A stretch of 64,000 bases of DNA from sequence record PQ341120.1. One strand, 5' to 3'. Shown in pieces: positions 55,176 to 64,000 of this stretch. Both the position numbers and the translations under genes were made by a program. This stretch comes from Escherichia phage EAWsc9. Every line of letters begins with the position of its first letter. Position 1 is the stretch's first letter. The notes under the pieces are model-generated. The model made no database searches. It saw nothing but the letters and a program-made list of their open reading frames with translations, and was not told the origin of the DNA.

Positions 55176-56986
55176 TGAAACAGAATTTAAAAATTGGCAA
55201 TATGGTTGATGATGGTACGGGTGATTACCTTCGTCTCGGCGGTCAAAAAATAAATAATAACTTTGATGACCTTTATTATCAGCTAGGGGACGGTGAAAAT
55301 CCCCATGCAGCTGGTGCATGGAAAACTTGGACTACGCAAGAAGGCACCGAGTTGTCCGCTGTTATGGGCCGAAGCTATACCATCGATACATCAGCCGGTG
55401 CAGTTCGAGTCGTCCTCCCGAAAGGAACAACACAAGAATATAATTATGTAATTCGTTTGCGTGATGTGTTTGCTACCTGGCAAATCAACCCGGTGACAAT
55501 TGTTCCTGCAGTCGGGGATACGATTAAAGGCTCACCGAATCCAGTAGAAATTAAACGCAACTTAGCCGACCTTGAACTTGTATATTGTTCACCGGGTCGT
55601 TGGGAATATATCGATAATAAACAAGTCGATAAAATTTCAAATAACGACGTTGCCACAGTTGCATCCCAACAGTTTATTGCCACCGAAGGACAAACTGACT
55701 TTATCAATGTGTTTGGTGCTATTCCATATAGCATATCGAACTTAGAAGTCAAACATCGTGGTAACGACCTGTTTTATGGTAAAGATGATATTTTCGACCC
55801 GGTGAATGCTGAATTTGGTTCCCCTGGTGCAAACCCTGGTGAAATCGTTGCGCTTGATGGTAAAAGCATCCGTCTGAAAATGCCATGTGCTGAAGGTGAT
55901 ACTGTTATCATCCGAACATTTAATGATGGTATTGCTCAATGGCGTAGTTCGTATAATCGTCGTGATATACTTGTTCGTAGTCAAGACAGGACCAAAGAAA
56001 CAACAATTAATGGTTCTTTGATTGTTACAGATTTGACAACCAAACACACCTTTACAATTGAAGAACTTGGTATTTCTCCTGGTAGCCCAATTAACCCAAA
56101 CGCATGTCAGGTATTCATTAACAGTATTTTGCAACATCAAGCTGGTACTGCGGGAACTCCAGTATTTTATTGTGAAGGTGCACAAGGTTCTACTGCTGCA
56201 GAATGTAGTGCAAATGGTGGTAGCTGGTCTGAATCAAACCAGGATTATTTGCTGCAATTTGATGATGATAACCGTATCGAAGGCATTAGCATTTACCGTG
56301 AATTTGAAGATGGTGATATTCTGTCGGTCATTTGGTACAATAACGATATCGGTACAACTATGACCATGGATGAAATCCGTGATGAGACTGATACTCTTTA
56401 TGTTTCTCAGGGAAATACGTTGAGCCTAACCGGTCGTGTGCGTATTACAGATTTTGATAATCCGTTTGCACCAAACGTTGAGCCAGTCGGTCTTCAGGAA
56501 GTTGTTCCATCTTCTGTTGGCGCTATCTTTGAATTATTCTATCCGGTCGGTACAATTTACGAAAATACTGTTAACCCAAATAACCCGGTTACTTATATGG
56601 GATTTGGTTCATGGAAACGTTTGAAAGAACGTGTAATTGTTGCCTGGTCAGACGACCCTGCCTCAAACTTCCATACAAACAATAATGACCTGGATTCTGG
56701 TGGTAACCCACAAGCGACAGCAGGTGGTACAGGTGGTAGCGTTGAAGTTCATATTAAAGATATAAACGTACCTAAACTTGAAACTGATGAGAAGGTTTTA
56801 GTTGTTGATGATAATGGCCCGATTGTTGTCGGTGGTTGTCAGGTAGACCCGGATGCACAAGGTCCAGCCTATACCAAATACAGAGAAGACAAAGCCACCA
56901 TTAACCAGGCGCAAGACCCTCAAGCTCAACCGGTTTATACAATGCCTCCATATTTGATTGCTCATCGCTGGGTAAGGATTGCTTAA
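55175..56986 (+). CDS. 10: gp10 baseplate wedge protein
   Basis: 603 aa; TAATG coupling to gp9; size as T4 gp10. Confidence 0.85.
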   Translation: MKQNLKIGNMVDDGTGDYLRLGGQKINNNFDDLYYQLGDGENPHAAGAWKTWTTQEGTELSAVMGRSYTIDTSAGAVRVVLPKGTTQEYNYVIRLRDVFATWQINPVTIVPAVGDTIKGSPNPVEIKRNLADLELVYCSPGRWEYIDNKQVDKISNNDVATVASQQFIATEGQTDFINVFGAIPYSISNLEVKHRGNDLFYGKDDIFDPVNAEFGSPGANPGEIVALDGKSIRLKMPCAEGDTVIIRTFNDGIAQWRSSYNRRDILVRSQDRTKETTINGSLIVTDLTTKHTFTIEELGISPGSPINPNACQVFINSILQHQAGTAGTPVFYCEGAQGSTAAECSANGGSWSESNQDYLLQFDDDNRIEGISIYREFEDGDILSVIWYNNDIGTTMTMDEIRDETDTLYVSQGNTLSLTGRVRITDFDNPFAPNVEPVGLQEVVPSSVGAIFELFYPVGTIYENTVNPNNPVTYMGFGSWKRLKERVIVAWSDDPASNFHTNNNDLDSGGNPQATAGGTGGSVEVHIKDINVPKLETDEKVLVVDDNGPIVVGGCQVDPDAQGPAYTKYREDKATINQAQDPQAQPVYTMPPYLIAHRWVRIA

Positions 56987-57651
56987 TGAAAACATTAACG
57001 AATAAAAAGGCTGGAGTAATTTCCCGCCTTGCTAGTTGCTTAGAATTTCAAAATACATCAAAAAATATTACGGCTGTCATGGGTCAACGAGCAATCGGCG
57101 GCCCATCTGCAACACAAACAACCGAGGGTATTTTTTATCCAACAGTTCAGAGCGCAATAGATGATATTGCGTTTCGATATGAGCTTCCGGTTGGCAGTGT
57201 AATTACTAATACGAATAACCTTTCTCCTGCGGCAATCAGTCAGTCGGATAAAATTAAATTTACCGGGTCTATTTCTGGTGCTGGAGTTGGTGATACTGTT
57301 TTATTTTTCATTTTTGGTATTCCAGTTGAGGTTATTGTCGGGGATTCGGCTGTATTAGTTGCTTCCAAGGTTAACGATGCTTTGTTAGCGGCTGTTGCTG
57401 ATAGTTTAATTGTGTCAAGCTCTGCAATTGATAGTGTAGACCAGTCTATATTAAATATTACATATAACGATTATCAAAACCATAATTTTGCACCTTTTGC
57501 TCAATATGGTTGTACGCTTAGCCAGACTATTATACAACAACCGCGCGGTGGTTATGGTTCCTGGGAATATCTTGGAACTTCAACCCAGACATTATCAGGT
57601 GGCACAGCAGATGGCGCAATTTCACTTTACCATTATAAGCGAGTATCGTAA
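56986..57651 (+). CDS. 11: gp11 baseplate wedge / short-fibre attachment
   Basis: 221 aa; size and position as T4 gp11. Confidence 0.85.
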   Translation: MKTLTNKKAGVISRLASCLEFQNTSKNITAVMGQRAIGGPSATQTTEGIFYPTVQSAIDDIAFRYELPVGSVITNTNNLSPAAISQSDKIKFTGSISGAGVGDTVLFFIFGIPVEVIVGDSAVLVASKVNDALLAAVADSLIVSSSAIDSVDQSILNITYNDYQNHNFAPFAQYGCTLSQTIIQQPRGGYGSWEYLGTSTQTLSGGTADGAISLYHYKRVS

Positions 57652-59201
57652 TGACAACGACTAACACGCTAAAACACATTAGCGATAAATCCGAATATAA
57701 AACATTCGACCCGACGGGAACAGCTTTCCCGTCGACTGTTACCAACGTGCAAGAGGCTTTAGGGTCTCTTAATAAAATTGCGTTAGATGGATATATCCCA
57801 GCCTCATCCGAAACGACCGCAGGACTCATCAGGCTAGCCACCACACAAGAAGTTATTGATGGTATTAGTCCAGACTCTGCTGTCACCCCAGCGACCTTAA
57901 AAGCTCGTTTAGACATTCCTACGCAAGCTACAGAAACTTATGTAGGTATTACCCGTTATGCAACCAATGCCGAAGCAATTGCCGGGACAGTAACCGATGC
58001 AGCTATTGTTCCATCTTCATTAAAAGCAACAATTGATAATGTTTTTACTGTTCGTGTTGGTACTGAAAATAACCTGGGTGTTCTTCGTATTAGTACCGAG
58101 GATGCAGCTTTAGCTGGCACAGATGACACAACCGCTATGTCTCCGTTGAAAGTTGCTCTGGCAATTGGCAAAGCAACAGCGGCGCTTCCAACTTATTCAA
58201 CTGCCACACAAACTGTTTCTGGTTTAGTACGAATTGCTACAAATGCTGAAGTGCAAGCAGGAACCCTGGGTGACGGTGTAGCAATTTCTCCAGCAGGTTT
58301 AAATGCTCGTACAGCAACACAAGACCGCGCTGGGATTATTCGTCTTGGTAATCAGTCAGAGATTAATAACAGTGCTGATGGTGTTGCGGTAACTGGCGCA
58401 ACTCTTAATGGTCGTGGAGCCACAACCGATAATCGCGGCGTCGTTAGATTAACTACTCAGGCTGGGGTTGCTCCTGGTGGTGATGGTGCCGGTGCACTGG
58501 CTTGGAATGCTGATGTAATCAACACTCGCGGTGGTCAACGAATTAATGGAAGTCTTTCTTTAGATTATATTTCCACCGGCAATTTTGATTCCAATACAGC
58601 TCATATGGGCGGTCAATTACTTTCTACACAGCGTTATGCTTCTGAACGGGTTCCGGTTGGAACGGTGATGATGTTCGCAGGTGATAGTGCTCCTCCTGGC
58701 TGGATTATGTGTCACGGCGGCACCGTTAATGGTGACCAATTCCCTGACTATCGAAATACTGTTGGAACTCGTTTCGGTGGCGATTGGACCAACGTCGGTA
58801 TTCCTGATATGCGTGGTTTGTTTGTTCGTGGTGCTGGTACCGGTGGACATATTCTGAATAACCGCGGTCAAGATGGTTATGGCAAAGACCGTTTGGGTGT
58901 TGGTTGTGATGGTTCATGGGTCGGTGGTGTACAAGCTCAGCAAATGTCATATCATAAACACGCGGGTGGTTGGGGTGAATACCAACGTAACGAAGCTCCA
59001 TTTGGTGCATCAGTTTATCAAGGTTATCTGGGTACAAGAAAATATGCAGACTGGGATAACGCTTCATATTTTACTAACGATGGATTTGAACTCGGTGGCG
59101 GCAGAGATGCTTTAGGTACGTTAAACCGTGAAGGTCTTATTGGTTATGAAACTCGCCCATGGAATATGTCTTTAAACTATATTATCAAAATTCATTACTA
59201 A
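57651..59201 (+). CDS. 12: gp12 short tail fibre
   Basis: 516 aa; repeat-rich N-terminal region and C-terminal receptor-binding region with WIMCHGG and HKHAGG segments. Confidence 0.9.
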   Translation: MTTTNTLKHISDKSEYKTFDPTGTAFPSTVTNVQEALGSLNKIALDGYIPASSETTAGLIRLATTQEVIDGISPDSAVTPATLKARLDIPTQATETYVGITRYATNAEAIAGTVTDAAIVPSSLKATIDNVFTVRVGTENNLGVLRISTEDAALAGTDDTTAMSPLKVALAIGKATAALPTYSTATQTVSGLVRIATNAEVQAGTLGDGVAISPAGLNARTATQDRAGIIRLGNQSEINNSADGVAVTGATLNGRGATTDNRGVVRLTTQAGVAPGGDGAGALAWNADVINTRGGQRINGSLSLDYISTGNFDSNTAHMGGQLLSTQRYASERVPVGTVMMFAGDSAPPGWIMCHGGTVNGDQFPDYRNTVGTRFGGDWTNVGIPDMRGLFVRGAGTGGHILNNRGQDGYGKDRLGVGCDGSWVGGVQAQQMSYHKHAGGWGEYQRNEAPFGASVYQGYLGTRKYADWDNASYFTNDGFELGGGRDALGTLNREGLIGYETRPWNMSLNYIIKIHY

Positions 59202-59209
59202 GGACCAAA

Positions 59210-60835
59210 ATGATTAATAAACTCAGTCTCAAAGAACTGCCGTATAGCATCGGTATTCCAGACGAAGGTCAACAGAGAATTCGTTGGATACAAAACGGCG
59301 ATTGTATGACTGCGGCCAGTACCAAATATGGTCATGATGGTAATTTGAACGCCGCTGCAGTTGGCGTTCAAACAAACGTAGATACACTCGACGACAACTC
59401 AAATGCATCTAAAGAAAAAATAAACGAAATTATTGATAACGTCAATAATATTCAGGAAGCTTTGAATATAACAACTAACACGGAAGTTGTTAAACAAATT
59501 GAAAAAAACCGTACGGATATTCTTGACCTTGATGAACGTCAATTTAATACCGAATTGTTATCAAGCGAAACATCTGAAGACCTTAAAAAGTTAAAAGAAG
59601 ATGTTGGTGTTTATGACCCGTTAACCGATTCATATTATCGCACAGTTCGTAATGACCTCGTATGGATTAAAAATGAATTAGGCCAGTATGTCGACCAAGA
59701 TATAAATGGTCTCCAGGTTATCGGCAATCCGTCAAAAGGCATGAAACGCCGCATCATCGATAACAGTTCGGCTATTGTTGCCCATGGAGTTCGTATTAAG
59801 ACTCTTGAAGATAACTATCATGATTCTGATGTTGGTTCTCTTAACGTAAAAGTAATTAAAATTCGTGAAGAATTAGGTGAGTCTACTTTAGCAACAGGTA
59901 AACCGGCTGTATTTGTTCGACTGAATACTCTTGATGGTAAAGCAGTTGAAATTGACGAAGATATTGCCAACATTCAAGAAGCTATTGGTTTTGGTACCGG
60001 ACTTGCAATTACAACTCGCGTTGAAAATCTTGGTGGACGTGTTTCGGTCAATGAAACAGATATTGCGAATATCAAACCAAGACTTGCTAAGGTTGAAGCT
60101 GATATCGGCACCGCTCTGGAACCGTTAACAATTAATGGTCGAATCAGTGCTTTGCGCTCGGATGTTAATGGCTTACAGGTTGTTGTTGGTCAGGATTCAA
60201 GCTCTGGTTTACGCGGAACCACTGCATGGCTTTCTCAGAGAATCGGTACAGAGCAATCTCCGGAGCCAAACACTATCACGTATAAGTTGAATGCGACCAC
60301 TACACTGGCTAACGAAACTGCATCAGGCCTTCAGGATGTACAGGCCGAAATCGGTACAAATAACACTGGTATGAAAGGCTCTATTTTGACTTTAACTAGC
60401 CAGATGAATGGTACAAACCCTAACGGTGCTACCGTGGCTGAACGTGGTGTTCTTCCGGTTGTAATTAACTTGGATATGCTGATGGCGTCCAAGCTGAACG
60501 ACGCACCATTGGACAATAAGTTATATGGTCGCAAGCAAGGAAACTGGACTGAAATTATCGATACCAAAACCGAGATTGATGCAATTAAACTCGATACTGC
60601 AAAAATTGCACCATTAACCACTCGCGTGACAACCCTTGAAGGTACAGTAACTCCGCTCCCTGGTCGCCTGGATGCGGCTGAGGCGAAGATAACTACTTTA
60701 GAAGGTAAAGTATCAGCCTTAGAAACAGAGCTCGCCAAAAGGCCTCCTGTCGCTCCTGCAGCTGATGGTCTCCCTTATGTGCTCGTTGATAACGCATGGG
60801 TTCTTTTGTCTACATTTGTGACTGTTGGACCATAA
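59210..60835 (+). CDS. wac: fibritin (whisker) Wac
   Basis: ATG at 59210 behind AAGGA gives 541 aa; N-terminal LPYSIGIPDEGQQRIRWIQNGD and foldon-like C-terminus ...VLVDNAWVLLSTFV match T4 fibritin from memory. Confidence 0.88.
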   Translation: MINKLSLKELPYSIGIPDEGQQRIRWIQNGDCMTAASTKYGHDGNLNAAAVGVQTNVDTLDDNSNASKEKINEIIDNVNNIQEALNITTNTEVVKQIEKNRTDILDLDERQFNTELLSSETSEDLKKLKEDVGVYDPLTDSYYRTVRNDLVWIKNELGQYVDQDINGLQVIGNPSKGMKRRIIDNSSAIVAHGVRIKTLEDNYHDSDVGSLNVKVIKIREELGESTLATGKPAVFVRLNTLDGKAVEIDEDIANIQEAIGFGTGLAITTRVENLGGRVSVNETDIANIKPRLAKVEADIGTALEPLTINGRISALRSDVNGLQVVVGQDSSSGLRGTTAWLSQRIGTEQSPEPNTITYKLNATTTLANETASGLQDVQAEIGTNNTGMKGSILTLTSQMNGTNPNGATVAERGVLPVVINLDMLMASKLNDAPLDNKLYGRKQGNWTEIIDTKTEIDAIKLDTAKIAPLTTRVTTLEGTVTPLPGRLDAAEAKITTLEGKVSALETELAKRPPVAPAADGLPYVLVDNAWVLLSTFVTVGP

Positions 60836-60836
60836 C

Positions 60837-60858
60837 AAAAGGGCTTCGGCCCTTTTTT
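60837..60858 (+). terminator. intrinsic terminator after wac
   Basis: GGGC-TTCG-GCCC followed by TTTTTT. Confidence 0.6.
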
Positions 60859-60860
60859 CG

Positions 60861-60868
60861 TATAAATA
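60861..60868 (+). promoter_or_regulatory. late promoter box TATAAATA upstream of gp13
   Basis: exact TATAAATA 19 nt upstream of gp13 ATG. Confidence 0.55.
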
Positions 60869-60886
60869 CAGTAAAGAGGAAAACAT

Positions 60887-61825
60887 ATGGCAACTGAATC
60901 ATACAACCCGAAACAATTAAAAGATGCAATCCTTCGACGTCTTGGTGCTCCAATTACGAATATCGAAGTTACGACCGAACAGGTCTATGATTGCATCCAA
61001 CGTGCATTAGAATTATATGGCGAATATCATTATAATGGTTATAACAAAGGTTATCAGGCTTTTTATATCGGTCATGATGACGTTTCACAACAGAAATTTC
61101 GCGATGGTGTTTTCGATTTAAAAGGCCGTAATATTTTTGCAGTAACGCAGATTATTCGTACTAACGTCGGTTCATTAACTTCGATGGATGGTCAAGCTAC
61201 ATATCCATGGTTCACAGATTTTGTTCTGGGACTGGCCGGGATTAACGGTGGAATGGGTAGCTCATGTAACAGCTTTGGTCCAAATGCTTTTGGTGCAGAC
61301 CTTGGTTATTTTACACAGCTTATGCAATACCGTTCAATGATGCAAGACCTGATGGTTCCGCTGCCAGATTACTGGTATAATGACGATACCGAACAACTTA
61401 AAATTATGGGCAACTTCCGCCAGGGAGATGTGATTGTAATTGAAGTTTATACCAAATCGTATAACGGTGTGGATTCAATGGTAGGCAATACAGCTGGCTA
61501 TGGTTTTGCTTCGGCTGATTGTGATAATCCGTGGAATGCAGGCGCACAGTGGGATAACCCGGCGCGCAGAATAAGCGGTATGAGAGCCGGTGAGGACCTT
61601 GGACTTCAAGATGGTGCATACAACAACCGTTGGGTGAAAGACTATGCCACAGCGCTCGTTAAGGAAGTTAACGGCAACGTATTGGCTAAACACCAGGGGA
61701 TGATGATGCCAGGTGGTACCACGGTTGATGGTGTTCGTTTAATTGAAGAAGCTCGTATGGAAAAAGAACGTCTCCGCGAAGAACTTGACCTGCTGGATGC
61801 ACCGACTCCTATATTGGTGGGCTAA
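60887..61825 (+). CDS. 13: gp13 neck protein
   Basis: 312 aa; AAGAGGA RBS; position and size as T4 gp13. Confidence 0.85.
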   Translation: MATESYNPKQLKDAILRRLGAPITNIEVTTEQVYDCIQRALELYGEYHYNGYNKGYQAFYIGHDDVSQQKFRDGVFDLKGRNIFAVTQIIRTNVGSLTSMDGQATYPWFTDFVLGLAGINGGMGSSCNSFGPNAFGADLGYFTQLMQYRSMMQDLMVPLPDYWYNDDTEQLKIMGNFRQGDVIVIEVYTKSYNGVDSMVGNTAGYGFASADCDNPWNAGAQWDNPARRISGMRAGEDLGLQDGAYNNRWVKDYATALVKEVNGNVLAKHQGMMMPGGTTVDGVRLIEEARMEKERLREELDLLDAPTPILVG

Positions 61826-62610
61826 TGGCTACTTATGACGCAAGATTATTCGCCCGGCTCGAAGACGGGACCGGGTATGACAATACCAATGCTACAGAGA
61901 TATTGAACCCTTATGTAAACTTTATGCATCATGAAAATACCCAGACTTTAGCCGATGCTATTGTTGCTGAAAGTATTCAGATGCGCGGAATGTCTCTCTA
62001 TTATATCCCAAGACAATTCGTTAAACCGGATTTATTATTCGGTGAAGACCTCCAGAGTAAATTTGATAAAGCATGGAAATTTGCTGGATATCTGGATACG
62101 TTCGATGCATATCAGGGTGATGGTTCTATCTTTAGTAAATTCGGTATGACTGTGAACGATGAAATTACAATATCGATTAACCCTAATCTGTTTAAACACC
62201 AATGCAACGGAACTGAACCTATCGCCGGGGATTTGATTTATTTCCCTCTCGATAACAGTCTGTTCGAAATTACGTGGGTGCAGCCTTATGACCCATTCTA
62301 TCAGGTAGGTCAAAATGCTATCCGTAAAATCACCGCGAGCAAATACATTTACTCCGGAGAAGAGCTTAAACCCGAATTGCAACGGAATGAAGGTATTAAT
62401 ATTTCAGAATTCAGCGAGCTCGATTTACAACCAATCCACAATATTGATGGCCTTACAGATATCAGCGATATCCCTTATGCTGAATCCAATGAGATTAACG
62501 CAGAAGCATCTGAATATGTTAAACCATATTTTGTGCAGAATGGTCGTGGACTTGAGGCTCCTCCGAAGGCAAAACAGGATAGCTTTGACGATAGTTTCTT
62601 TGATGAATAA
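61825..62610 (+). CDS. 14: gp14 neck protein
   Basis: 261 aa; TAATG coupling to gp13. Confidence 0.85.
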   Translation: MATYDARLFARLEDGTGYDNTNATEILNPYVNFMHHENTQTLADAIVAESIQMRGMSLYYIPRQFVKPDLLFGEDLQSKFDKAWKFAGYLDTFDAYQGDGSIFSKFGMTVNDEITISINPNLFKHQCNGTEPIAGDLIYFPLDNSLFEITWVQPYDPFYQVGQNAIRKITASKYIYSGEELKPELQRNEGINISEFSELDLQPIHNIDGLTDISDIPYAESNEINAEASEYVKPYFVQNGRGLEAPPKAKQDSFDDSFFDE

Positions 62611-62653
62611 ATACATTTATTAATGCGCCCGAACTGGGCGCCTGGAGGTTACT

Positions 62654-63529
62654 TTGTTTGGGCATTTTTATAATTCGTCTCTGCGTCGCTATATCGTTTT
62701 AATGGGCGATTTATTTTCCCATGTACAAGTGGCCAGAACCAGAGAAGACACTGGACTTAAATATATTAAGGTCCCTATTTCTTATGCTTCAAAAGAAAAA
62801 TTCATGATGCAGCTTGGAAAATGGACCGCTATTCAGAATACACCGACTCCTGACATGTCACCACAAGAACGTGCTGCTCAGAAGGCTAAAATCGAGACCG
62901 TATTGCCCCGTATGAACCTACATATGGTTGACTTGATGTATAATGGGCAATATAAAACGGCTCTCCAGAATCACACACAAGCGCGATTTGCTAATAACGA
63001 CCCTCGCAAGCAGATATCTCAATATTCTCCTGTGCCGGTCAAAATGATTTTCGAGCTTGGAATATATACAAGGCATCAAGATGATATGTTCCAGATTATC
63101 GAACAAATCATGCCTTACTTCCAGCCACATTTTAATACAACCATCACTGAACTTTACACGAATGAAATTACGTTCGAACGTGATATAAGAATCGTATTAC
63201 AGTCCATAGCAATGGATGAGCAAATTGAAGGTGATGCAATGACTCGTCGTAGACTCGAATGGTCCATTATGTTCGAAGTTAACGGTTGGTTATATCCACC
63301 GGTCAAGGAAGTAGCCGGGGAAATCCGTACTATCTATCTTGACTTCTTTGCAAATTCCAGAGAGCTTGCACCGGAGGGCAATTTCGAATCTGTTGACTCG
63401 GAAGCTGTTCCACGAGACGTCGACCAAGAAGACTGGCAAGGTGAATCTGTTCAAACATATTCGCAGGATATTCCTGTACCGGTTGACCCAGCGCCGCCAG
63501 CCCCAAGAAAAAATAGGGTACCACTATGA
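62654..63529 (+). CDS. 15: gp15 tail sheath stabiliser / tail terminator
   Basis: 291 aa; [22 protein letters not shown] matches T4 gp15 N-terminus from memory; apparent TTG start 5 nt after GGAGG. Confidence 0.85.
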   Translation: MFGHFYNSSLRRYIVLMGDLFSHVQVARTREDTGLKYIKVPISYASKEKFMMQLGKWTAIQNTPTPDMSPQERAAQKAKIETVLPRMNLHMVDLMYNGQYKTALQNHTQARFANNDPRKQISQYSPVPVKMIFELGIYTRHQDDMFQIIEQIMPYFQPHFNTTITELYTNEITFERDIRIVLQSIAMDEQIEGDAMTRRRLEWSIMFEVNGWLYPPVKEVAGEIRTIYLDFFANSRELAPEGNFESVDSEAVPRDVDQEDWQGESVQTYSQDIPVPVDPAPPAPRKNRVPL

Positions 63530-64000
63530 GTGAACTTGATATTAACAAATTGATGGATATAACAGACCTCCCCGGAATTGCCGGGGAGGAAGTTACTGCA
63601 TACGAACCTCTCGTATTAAAAGAAGTCGAAAGCAATCCAAATAACCGTACGCCAGACCTTGAGGATGACTATTCTGTTGTTCGTAAAAACTTGCACTTCC
63701 AACAGCAGATGTTGATGGATGCAGGTAAGATATTCCTTGAAGCAGCTAAGAACGCCGAATCGCCGCGGCATATGGAAGTCTTTGCAACTCTTATGGGGCA
63801 AATGACTACCACGAACAAAGAGCTGTTAAAACTTCATAAAGAAATGAAAGAAATCACCGCTGAACAAATCGGCACAAAAGGTGGTACACCATCACAGACA
63901 AATATTGAAAATGCAACTATTTTCATGGGGTCTCCTGCTGATTTGATGGATGAGGTTGGTGACTCATACGAAGCTCAGGAAAGACAAGAGAAAATAATTA
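63526..64000 (+). CDS. 16: gp16 terminase small subunit, N-terminal part; runs off window end
   Basis: ATG at 63526 overlapping gp15 stop (ATGA); [22 protein letters not shown]...RTPDLEDDY matches T4 gp16 from memory. Confidence 0.85.
   Translation, partial: MSELDINKLMDITDLPGIAGEEVTAYEPLVLKEVESNPNNRTPDLEDDYSVVRKNLHFQQQMLMDAGKIFLEAAKNAESPRHMEVFATLMGQMTTTNKELLKLHKEMKEITAEQIGTKGGTPSQTNIENATIFMGSPADLMDEVGDSYEAQERQEKII

Noticed and set aside
46736-63801. Minus-strand ORFs inside the late structural block (for example 46736..46948, 55742..56185, 60331..60738, 62035..62382)
   Set aside because: All are embedded antisense within long plus-strand baseplate/tail genes with T4 matches; no independent signals.

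Overview
This window reads as a contiguous segment of a T4-like (Tevenvirinae) myovirus genome. Identification rests on protein motifs I recognise from memory of T4; no database search was run. Positions 1-44947 are an early/middle-gene block on the minus strand: partial gp46, gp47, gp55, nrdH, nrdG, nrdD, endonuclease VII (49), nrdC, rI, tk, regB, denV, lysozyme e, nudE, two tRNAs, 57B, 57A, gp1, gp3, gp2, gp4. These are interspersed with many small accessory ORFs, each typically behind its own sigma70-type early promoter (GT[G/T]TACA-17 bp-TATAAT). Positions 44996-64000 are the late baseplate/tail/neck block on the plus strand: gp53, gp5, 5.1, 5.4, gp6-gp12, wac, gp13-gp15 and partial gp16. 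The most interesting material is in the accessory regions: (1) four tandem small paralogs sharing a C-terminal G-x-W-[VY]-x-S-S-x-x-C tail; (2) a plus-strand collagen-like gene sitting alone inside the minus-strand early block; (3) seven genes with an N-terminal MKTYQEFI-type capsid-targeting sequence, suggesting a diversified set of injected internal proteins; (4) candidate anti-defence enzymes (57B/Acb1-like 2H phosphoesterase, a macrodomain protein, two nucleotidyltransferase-fold proteins); (5) two further paralog families (membrane proteins with a C-terminal FIxEC motif; a pair sharing a C-terminal domain, one with a (PKAE)4 repeat); (6) hairpins that sequester the ribosome-binding sites of e and gene 49 with a late-promoter-like box in the 5' arm. 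Unnamed ORFs are given low confidence; internal start codons were chosen where an RBS or T4 length agreement supports them.
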